Position numbers and translations under genes: made by a program
Notes under the pieces: model-generated
What the model was told of the DNA's origin: nothing
The model's input: only the letters and a program-made list of their open reading frames with translations
Databases searched by the model: none
Source of the DNA: Candidatus Peribacter riflensis
Lineage (GTDB): Bacteria; Patescibacteriota; Gracilibacteria; Peribacterales; Peribacteraceae
Length of the DNA stretch: 32,000 nucleotides
NCBI GenBank assembly: GCA_001430755.1
Contig: CP013062.1
Coordinates: forward strand, 210,001-242,000
Direction: 5' to 3'
Shown: positions 1 through 6,022 of the stretch, in pieces
How positions within the stretch are numbered: the first letter of the stretch is position 1
How the letters are laid out: every line of letters starts with the position of its first letter

Positions 1-34
1 GTCGGTCATAGTCGGAGACAGTGTACCTTTGTTC

Positions 35-130
35 GGGAATTTGGGAACTAGGGGACTTGGGAACTAGAGACTCAAAAAAGATGGCACTTCTCAACCGAAT
101 TCCCTATTTCCCGAGTTCCCTACTTCCCTC
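35..130. repeat. Octamer-periodic inverted-repeat hairpin element (GGGAACTA subfamily) abutting the 3' end of gene 132..494
   Basis: Purine-rich left arm 35-70 reads gggaattt/gggaacta/ggggactt/gggaacta. Pyrimidine-rich right arm 97-130 is its imperfect complement (ccctatttcccgagttccctacttccctc). Loop is about 27 nt. It shares the 14-mer ttccctacttccct with the element at 12301-12396. Confidence 0.7.
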
Positions 131-131
131 G

Positions 132-494
132 TCACTGGTCCAGTGCCAATTCGATCAACCCAAACACCAGGAAAATCAGCACCGCGATCCACCAAGTGAG
201 CAGTTGCCAGAGGTGAAAGAGGACGAGTGTGACCATCGCAAGCGCCAGAAAGACGCCCTGCCGCAGCGACACGCTCATGATCTTGCCGGCATCCCAGCTG
301 TGAGTGGGGAGCAGTCTCCACAGGAGCAGAAAGACCAGGGCGCCGGCCGTGCTCACCGAGAGGAAGAGGCTCAAGAAGAATGCAGGAATCGCCTGTCCGG
401 GCGCCGTGAGAGGGCTCACCCGGAGCAGGATGATCACGAGGGAGGTGGCAGAGAGGAGTGCCGCCAGCGAGAGACCGAAGAGGAGGGAAGTCAT
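132..494 (-). CDS. Hypothetical small integral membrane protein (120 aa, about 4 hydrophobic helices)
   Basis: ATG-started ORF with strongly hydrophobic helical segments (LLFGLSLAALLSATSLVIILL, AIPAFFLSLFLSVSTAGALVFLLLW, GVFLALAMVTLVLF, WWIAVLIFLVFGLI). No family recognised. Confidence 0.5.
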   Translation of the reverse strand: MTSLLFGLSLAALLSATSLVIILLRVSPLTAPGQAIPAFFLSLFLSVSTAGALVFLLLWRLLPTHSWDAGKIMSVSLRQGVFLALAMVTLVLFHLWQLLTWWIAVLIFLVFGLIELALDQ

Positions 495-499
495 GGCAA

Positions 500-598
500 A
501 GAATGATGAAGGAAGAATTATGAAGTAAGAATGACTTCCTTTTCATCATTCTTAATTCCTAATTCATTATTCTTAATTCCTAATTCATTATTCTTCTT
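500..598. repeat. Heptamer-periodic inverted-repeat hairpin element, AT-rich variant (TTCNTAA units)
   Basis: Right arm 548-598 reads ttcttaa/ttcctaa/ttcatta/ttcttaa/ttcctaa/ttcatta/ttcttc. Left arm 500-534 (gaatgatgaaggaagaattatgaagtaagaatga) is its imperfect complement. It overlaps the 3' tail and stop codon of the UDG gene. Confidence 0.7.
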
Positions 599-1183
599 CG
601 TTGTCTCGAGAAACAGCCCCAGCGCTCGGAAATCCTCAAACAGTGCCTCTCGCAGATTTCCGTTATGCAGCGCAGCGGCGGGGTGGTAGATGGGGAAGAC
701 CGTGACGTCATCGGTCAGCTTCTGGGGCTTGCCGTGGGCGGCGGTGATGCTGAGCTTCTGGAAGAAGTGCCCCAGGGCATGGCGTCCGAGCGGAACGATC
801 ACCTTCGGTTTGATGAGAGCCATCTCCATCTTGAGCCACGGCATACACTGCGCCTTCTCATCATCGGTGGGATCCCGATTCGCGGGGGGGCGGTACTTCA
901 CGACGTTGCTGATGTACACGTCTGCACGCTTGAGCCCGATCGACATGAGGAGCTCATCGAGGAACTTGCCTGCGGGTCCCACGAACGGGCGTCCGAGTTT
1001 GTCTTCCTGTTCGCCCGGCGCTTCGCCGATGAACATGACCTCCGCCTGCGGATTGCCTTCGCCCAGCACGGGGTTAGCCGTTTCGTGCAGCGGACAGCCT
1101 TTCCATGCCTTCAGTTTCTCCTGCAGGAGCGGGAGGGTGAGTTCCATCCCCGCCATGGTAGCACCAGCCACCCCTCTCTTCAT
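518..1183 (-). CDS. Uracil-DNA glycosylase, family 4 type
   Basis: Motifs GEGNPQAEVMFIGEAPGEQEDKLGRPFVGPAGKFLDELL, NVVKYRPPANRDP and HPAAALHN are typical of family-4 UDG. Start is uncertain: ATG 1183 overlaps the upstream stop as ATGA, with alternatives at 1156 and 1147 (MELTL...). The C-terminal tail KKNNELGIKNNELGIKNDE is encoded by the repeat element. Confidence 0.85.
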   Translation of the reverse strand: MKRGVAGATMAGMELTLPLLQEKLKAWKGCPLHETANPVLGEGNPQAEVMFIGEAPGEQEDKLGRPFVGPAGKFLDELLMSIGLKRADVYISNVVKYRPPANRDPTDDEKAQCMPWLKMEMALIKPKVIVPLGRHALGHFFQKLSITAAHGKPQKLTDDVTVFPIYHPAAALHNGNLREALFEDFRALGLFLETTKKNNELGIKNNELGIKNDEKEVILTS

Positions 1184-1674
1184 TGCCGAAAGTATTTGTC
1201 GATCCGGTTCTGCGTCGCCGGAGAGACCGATCCCCTCATGTCATGCGGAGAGCGTTTTTGCGGTACCGGTGCCCGGGTGTTCCCGGAGAAGTACTGCTCA
1301 ATCCGGTTGGCGGCGGCGTGTTCACGCCGGGGCCAGAAAAGGGCGCTGGCCTGCAGGACCTTGCGAAACTCCTCCAGGAGTCCGTAGCCGATCGGGCGGG
1401 AGCTCGACGGCAGCTGGTTGTATTGATCATGCAGTGTGTCGCGTAGGCGATCCACCTCCCTCTGCAATTCAGGAGTCTGCGGAGATTCCGGGGCCCCTTT
1501 CTCCGACGAACGGTACACGAGTGAGAGCAGGCGCTCGTAGCGGAGTCCAAGATCACGCCGCATCTCCCGGATGTCTCGTCCCTGTGCGTTGTTGCCCGAT
1601 TCGGCTGCGATCATGTTCGTGAGAGCATGCGAGAGATCTTCAACGCCGCGCTGGAGGGCGAGTCTGTGGTACAT
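1180..1674 (-). CDS. Hypothetical protein (164 aa)
   Basis: ATG ORF co-directional with UDG, with a 4-nt ATGA stop/start overlap (translational coupling). Composition is protein-like. No family recognised. Confidence 0.45.
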   Translation of the reverse strand: MYHRLALQRGVEDLSHALTNMIAAESGNNAQGRDIREMRRDLGLRYERLLSLVYRSSEKGAPESPQTPELQREVDRLRDTLHDQYNQLPSSSRPIGYGLLEEFRKVLQASALFWPRREHAAANRIEQYFSGNTRAPVPQKRSPHDMRGSVSPATQNRIDKYFRQ

Positions 1675-1689
1675 GGCGGAAGGGGTATT

Positions 1690-2139
1690 CTAATAGCCCG
1701 CCTTGATCTTCTCAATGCGCTCGGCCACCTTTTTCTTAAGCTCCGGGTTCCCTTCGGCGAGTATCCGTACGGCTGCCAGAGCGGCATTCTTGGGGTGCAG
1801 CACGGTCATCACCGGCACATCCGATGGCATGCGCAGACTGCTGTGCAGATCCACCTGATACTCCTCCAGATTCTGGGCGGGCGGGCAGGTGAGCACGGGG
1901 TGCACAGAGCTTCCTGCGGCTACACCGCCAAGCCCGTTGCTCATGCCGACCACCGTGATGATGACCTGCGGCTGCGGATCGGCATTCAATTTCGCAATGA
2001 TTTCCGCCACCTTCTCGGGCACCTTGTGTGCCGAGGCGACCACGATCTCACTCGGAACAGAGAATTCCTTCAGCGTATCTACGATCTTCTGTGCGAATTC
2101 GGTATCCGATTTGCTGCCGAGGAGGAGGGTGACCAACAT
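1690..2139 (-). CDS. PurE / AIR-carboxylase-family protein (divergent, about 150 aa)
   Basis: LLLGSKSD, VASAHKVPEKV and a glycine-rich GMSNGLGGVAAGSSVHPVLTCPP segment match the PurE fold pattern. Start placed at the internal ATG 2139 (MLVTLLLGSKSD); the longer ORF to 2340 runs through a GC-rich hairpin motif and is unlikely. Confidence 0.6.
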   Translation of the reverse strand: MLVTLLLGSKSDTEFAQKIVDTLKEFSVPSEIVVASAHKVPEKVAEIIAKLNADPQPQVIITVVGMSNGLGGVAAGSSVHPVLTCPPAQNLEEYQVDLHSSLRMPSDVPVMTVLHPKNAALAAVRILAEGNPELKKKVAERIEKIKAGY

Positions 2140-2431
2140 ATGTAAGGAATGAAAGGATGTCACCCTGAGCGTAGTCGAAGGGTGACTTTCATGCATCCAG
2201 TATAGAGGAAACCGACCCGTCTCCGCCAAAGCCTCGTCCTGTACAGGAAACATCCGAAGACGTTTGTTTCCTTTTGGCGCGGATGCTACGCTCTCACGGC
2301 CCTTTGGGGCTTTTTGTTCTCGCTCTTTCTCCTCACCCATGCGCCCGTAGTTTCCACCTGCGCCCCGCTGCTGCGGGGCTACGGCGGGATTGTATGCTAT
2401 GGGCTCTCCCGATCTTTCTCTTCATTCTCGT

Positions 2432-2509
2432 GCGCCCGTAGTTCAGCCCGGATAGAACGCCAGGTTGCGGACCTGGAAGTCGTAGGTTCAAATCCTGCCG
2501 GGCGCACCA
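2432..2509 (+). tRNA. tRNA-Arg, anticodon GCG, with encoded CCA
   Basis: Hand-folded cloverleaf. Acceptor GCGCCCG/CGGGCGC, D stem GTTC/GAAC, anticodon stem CCAGG/CCTGG with loop TTGCGGA (GCG), T stem GTAGG/CCTGC with TTCAAAT loop, discriminator A, then CCA. Confidence 0.85.
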
Positions 2510-2738
2510 TTTATCCAGAACGCCGCAGGCAAAGCCGAGGACGTTCTGGGAAATGTCCTCCGAAGCCTTGGCGAAGGAGGACAAGAACTATTCTGCGATC
2601 TTTTATACTCTCGGTGTTTTCTGATCCAGCCCCCTTCGTCCACCTACGCACTGCGTGCTTCGGCGGACTACGGCGGGCAAAGGATCTTGGGCCTTACGCA
2701 TCGCCCTTTGGGCTCGCGTTCGGCTCCAATTCACCTTT

Positions 2739-2814
2739 GGGGCTGTAGCTCATCTGGTAGAGCGCTTCCATGGCATGGAAGAGGTAAGGGGTTCGAGTCC
2801 CCTCAGCTCCACCA
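2739..2814 (+). tRNA. tRNA-Ala, anticodon GGC, with encoded CCA
   Basis: Hand-folded cloverleaf. Acceptor GGGGCTG/CAGCTCC includes the G3:U70 alanine identity pair. Anticodon stem CTTCC/GGAAG with loop ATGGCAT (GGC), T arm AGGGG-TTCGAGT-CCCCT, A73, then CCA. Confidence 0.9.
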
Positions 2815-2873
2815 TTCGACTCGTCCGCCCGCTTTGCGGGCGAGACTTCGCTCATGGTAAACCATGCGTCAGT

Positions 2874-3446
2874 GTGGGAGTCAGTGCGCTCGGAGCGTAC
2901 AGTGGCGGCATCCTTTTTGCGTACCTGCTCCTCGGCCTGACTTTTGTTCTGATCCTCGGCGTCATCGTGACGGCGGTGGGGAATCTTCTGGTGTGGGTTC
3001 CCTTCGTGCCGGTTCCATACGGCGTCGCGGAGGAGATGGTGCGGTTTGCGCATCTGAAGGGCACAGAGACGGTCTACGATTTGGGAGCGGGGGACGGGCG
3101 CATCCTCATTGCCGCGAAGCGTCTGCATGGGGGTCTTCGCGCAACGGGATGGGAATTCGTGCCCACGGTGTGGCTGCTCGGAAAGTTGCGCATCTGGTGG
3201 TCGGGCCAGAAGATCGCGTTTCGTCTTGGCGATTCGCGAAGACAGAGTGTGCGGGATGCAGACTGCATTTTTCTGTACCTGTTTCCGACTGTCATGCCGT
3301 CACTGGAACGGAAATTCGATCAGGAACTGCGGCCGGGTACGACAGTCGTGTCGTGCGCTTTCCCTTTCCCGCACCATCCACCCATTGCACACACGTCCGT
3401 GCACTGGATGGGGAGAGAGCACAAGTTGTGGCTCTATGAGTGGTGA
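2874..3446 (+). CDS. Membrane-anchored class I SAM-dependent methyltransferase
   Basis: N-terminal hydrophobic helix (ILFAYLLLGLTFVLILGVIVTAVG) followed by SAM motif I VYDLGAGDGRILIAA. The annotated ORF start 2655 runs through tRNA-Ala, so the start was moved to in-frame GTG 2874. Start is uncertain; the stop is firm. Confidence 0.6.
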   Translation: MGVSALGAYSGGILFAYLLLGLTFVLILGVIVTAVGNLLVWVPFVPVPYGVAEEMVRFAHLKGTETVYDLGAGDGRILIAAKRLHGGLRATGWEFVPTVWLLGKLRIWWSGQKIAFRLGDSRRQSVRDADCIFLYLFPTVMPSLERKFDQELRPGTTVVSCAFPFPHHPPIAHTSVHWMGREHKLWLYEW

Positions 3447-3478
3447 GCAGTATGTGACGGCTTGTTGTTGTCCCGTGC

Positions 3479-3865
3479 TTGTGTATGATCGGCCCAATTC
3501 GCATGCCCGAGCTCCTCGAAGCCGGCAGCATCGATTCCGCGTCGGAAGCGGAGGTTGCCCAACCATCTTTTGTGCCCTGGCGTCTGACGCATGGGCGGCT
3601 GGATGTGCGGCAGGAAACAGAGCTCCTGCTGCGTGCGCGCTGGGAGGAAGGGGATGCCGTGCGCCATGCCCGATTCGGGTGGAGTGGTATCGTGATTGGG
3701 AGGTGGGTGGAAGCCGACGGAACGGTCTGGGTGGCCGTGGAGTGCCAGCCCGACGAGCCGACCTCCCTGATCCCGTTCCATACTCGTGCGGATCTGCTGC
3801 TTCCGTATCGACCGTCAAATGGTAAACAAAAAGGGCACCCGCCCGAGGGGCGAGTGCCCCGGTGA
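3479..3865 (+). CDS. Hypothetical protein (128 aa)
   Basis: ATG ORF with G/C-biased third codon positions, as expected for coding sequence in this genome. No family recognised. Its 3' end overlaps a hairpin that reads as a minus-strand terminator. Confidence 0.4.
   Translation: MCMIGPIRMPELLEAGSIDSASEAEVAQPSFVPWRLTHGRLDVRQETELLLRARWEEGDAVRHARFGWSGIVIGRWVEADGTVWVAVECQPDEPTSLIPFHTRADLLLPYRPSNGKQKGHPPEGRVPR
3822..3859 (-). terminator. Rho-independent terminator, minus strand
   Basis: Hairpin GGGCAC-C-CGCCC-GAG-GGGCG-A-GTGCCC at 3833-3859, followed on the minus strand by TTTTTGTTT (complement of 3822-3832). There is no T-tract on the plus-strand side. Confidence 0.6.
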
Positions 3866-4304
3866 CTCCAACACGAGTGAGGTGTGCTGGAGATCACATT
3901 CCAGGTGACCAGTCTGGCTCCCTGTCCTTGAGCGCGCTGGAGTGTGGGCGCGCACCACTGTTTGTGTTGGTGTGAGCCCGAGTGCTCGGGCGTCGGCCTC
4001 CCGTTTATACCCTGGGAGCGGGGAATATTTGTGTTTGCCGGAGCCTAAGTGGCTCCAGTGTTGCGCGGTGGTCAGCCGCGTTCTGCACGGAGTGCAGAGA
4101 AGAGCAGGGAGGAGAGAGAAGTGACTGACCCCGCACCGTTCCGTGCGTACACGGAAGGGTGCGGGGCCTGAAGAAGATCTTCAGGAGGAACGCGAGAGTC
4201 ACGGGCGACGGGAGCGTATGAGGCCTCCGCAGCCGTGAAGTCGCGGTGTCACTTCTCACTGCTCACTGCTTTTTTTGTCAGGGAGAGGGAGTGAAAGAAC
4301 AAAT
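3822..4304 (-). ncRNA. Candidate structured non-coding RNA of unknown class (about 480 nt)
   Basis: The interval lies between the minus-strand promoter (4311-4339) and terminator (3822-3859). It has no credible CDS; the only ORFs are GTG-started and R/P/S-rich. It holds many GC-rich hairpins (4129-4166 with 16 bp, 4167-4185, 4083-4097, 4064-4080, 4040-4056, 3975-3990) and two CU-rich tracts on the minus strand. Confidence 0.3.
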
Positions 4305-4310
4305 CTAGGT

Positions 4311-4339
4311 AGTATAGCATTCTTTGCATAGTCAGGCAA
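4311..4339 (-). promoter_or_regulatory. Sigma70-like promoter, minus strand: TTGCCT-17 nt-TATACT
   Basis: The reverse complement of 4311-4339 reads TTGCCT gactatgcaaagaatgc TATACT. Predicted transcription start is near 4304, divergent from gmk. Confidence 0.45.
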
Positions 4340-4369
4340 CGCAGGAGTGAGGTAGGATGCGGACCAGCC

Positions 4370-4969
4370 ATGGCTTCTTCTGGCCCCGTTTCCGGCAAGC
4401 TTGTACTCATCATCGGCCCGAGCGGTGTGGGAAAGAGCGTGGTGCTGCGCGCGCTCAAAGCACAGCATCCCGAATACGTCTTCCCGCGCAGCGCCACCAC
4501 GCGCCCGCGGCGCCCCGGCGAAGGGGATGACCTCTACCGGTTCCTGACGGATGCCGAGTTCGATGCGCTCGTGAGAGAAGGCAAGGTGCTCGAGTGGGCC
4601 ACGGTGCATGTCGGCGCCCGCTACGGCACGCTGGAGCAGGAGATTGTTCCAGCCCTCGAGCAGGGCAAGCTGGTCGTGCGCGAAGTGGATATTCAGGGGT
4701 TTCACAGTATCCGGGTGCACCCGCTCTTCGCGGGGGCAACGAAGCGGTTTCCCCTTCTTTCCGTCTTCATTCTCCCCGAGAGCCGCGCACAGCTCATCGC
4801 ACGCATCCGCAAGCGTGCGCCCATGAGCGACGAGGAGCTTGCGCATCGCTTGCAAAGCATGGATCGTGAACTCCAGGATGCCGCCCTCTGTACCGCGCAG
4901 GTGGTGAACCGGGAGGGGAAGCTCGCCGAGACGATTGCAGAAGTGGAGCGGGCGATGAGCGGAGCATGA
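4370..4969 (+). CDS. gmk: Guanylate kinase
   Basis: P-loop GPSGVGKS, followed by SATTRPRRPGE.G.DY.F and the rest of the pattern typical of Gmk across 199 aa. Confidence 0.9.
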   Translation: MASSGPVSGKLVLIIGPSGVGKSVVLRALKAQHPEYVFPRSATTRPRRPGEGDDLYRFLTDAEFDALVREGKVLEWATVHVGARYGTLEQEIVPALEQGKLVVREVDIQGFHSIRVHPLFAGATKRFPLLSVFILPESRAQLIARIRKRAPMSDEELAHRLQSMDRELQDAALCTAQVVNREGKLAETIAEVERAMSGA

Positions 4970-5029
4970 GTAGACAAGTTCCTTGGACATTTTTATTGCG
5001 CCATCAGTCGTGCCGAGTAACATTCACGC

Positions 5030-6022
5030 ATGGCGCGCCCGAAAGTCGCACTCCTCTACGTTGGCGGGTCCATCGGGATGAAAATGAACCGCAAGACAGG
5101 GCGCATCGAGCCCATCGAGTCTTTGAACGAAATCCACCGTTTTCTGCCGGAGCTCCAGCGCGAAGTGGCGCTGAAGTTCGTGAGCCTGAGCAATGTGGGC
5201 TCGTCGGAGGTGACGCAGGAGGACTGGGTCGAAATCGCCCAGACGATCGAACGCTCGTATGACGAATTCGATGGGTTCGTGGTCGTGCATGGCACGAACA
5301 CCATGAGCTACACGGCGGCGGCGCTGAGTTTCGCGCTGCAGGGCCTCAGTAAACCGGTCATTCTCACGGGCGCGCTTCTGCCTATCAACGATATTGCCGG
5401 TGACGGGCGCATGAACCTGGTCTTTGCGATCCGTGCCGCGCAGCTCGATATTGCCGAGGTGTGTGTGGTCCTGGGGCCCCATGTGCTCCGCGGGTGCCGG
5501 GCGAAGAAAGTGGATCAGTCTCTCCTTCAGACCTTCGCCACCACACGTACCCCGCCACTGGCGGAATTCAATGAGGGTGTTCATCTGGCTCCGCACCGCG
5601 TTGTGCGGCGCAAGCGGCAGCTTCTGTGTCGGCCGACGTTCGACCCGCACGTGGCCACGATCACGCTGCACCCTGCGCTCACCACCACATTCCTCGATGC
5701 AATCCTCTCGACCAAGCCGCACGGCATCATCATGCGTGCCTACGGGCCCGGCATGCTCCCCGAGCGGTTGTTCCCGTGGCTCCGGCGCGTGACGTCACAG
5801 GGGATTCCCATTGTCATGACCTCCCAGACCATTCGCGGCCGGGTCGATCTGCACCGGTTCCGCAAGCAGGCGACGCTGGAGCAGTTCGGCGTGATTTCGG
5901 GCAAAGACATGACGTTCGAGTGTGCTCTCGTCAAACTCATGTGGGCGCTCACACAGACATCGAGCAGCCATCGACTGCGCGAGTTGATGGAGAGAAGTCT
6001 GGTAGGGGAACTCGAAGAGTAG
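5030..6022 (+). CDS. ansA: L-asparaginase, type I (cytoplasmic AnsA-like)
   Basis: Matches remembered E. coli AnsA over its full length: VGGSIGM (for TGGTIGM), VVHGTNTMSYTAAALSF (for ILHGTDTMAYTASALSF), KPVILTGA, and C-terminal LVGELEE. Confidence 0.8.
   Translation: MARPKVALLYVGGSIGMKMNRKTGRIEPIESLNEIHRFLPELQREVALKFVSLSNVGSSEVTQEDWVEIAQTIERSYDEFDGFVVVHGTNTMSYTAAALSFALQGLSKPVILTGALLPINDIAGDGRMNLVFAIRAAQLDIAEVCVVLGPHVLRGCRAKKVDQSLLQTFATTRTPPLAEFNEGVHLAPHRVVRRKRQLLCRPTFDPHVATITLHPALTTTFLDAILSTKPHGIIMRAYGPGMLPERLFPWLRRVTSQGIPIVMTSQTIRGRVDLHRFRKQATLEQFGVISGKDMTFECALVKLMWALTQTSSSHRLRELMERSLVGELEE

Noticed and set aside
2655-2873. N-terminal 73 codons of ORF 2655-3446, and ORFs 2314-2748 (+) and 2333-2584 (-), across the tRNA region.
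   Set aside because: These frames read straight through tRNA-Arg, tRNA-Ala and the GC-rich hairpin motifs. Their peptides (SFAKASEDIS, LRRTTAGKG and the like) are typical translated-repeat artefacts.
2330-2900. tRNA-adjacent region as an integration hotspot or prophage remnant.
   Set aside because: Apart from a 13-nt duplicate of the tRNA-Arg 5' end, there is no integrase, no att-like duplication of a tRNA 3' end and no phage gene. The flanking genes are ordinary housekeeping genes.
3822-4304. Possibility that the ORF-poor structured region is RNase P RNA, tmRNA or SRP RNA.
   Set aside because: No GAGGAAAGUCC P4 motif. The CAGAACGCGGCUGA string resembles the RNase P ACAGAACCCGGCUUA motif only loosely, and it sits mid-molecule rather than near the 3' end, with no complementary 5' partner. 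There is no tRNA-like acceptor/T-arm (GGTTCGAnTCC...CCA) or tag ORF for tmRNA, and no GGAA-tetraloop/AGCA helix-8 motif for SRP. It is kept only as an unclassified ncRNA candidate.
4256-5023. 255-aa minus-strand ORF covering the whole gmk locus.
   Set aside because: It is fully antisense to a textbook guanylate kinase (P-loop GPSGVGKS and the rest of the pattern). Its composition is R/A/H-rich and no motif was recognised. It is treated as a shadow ORF.
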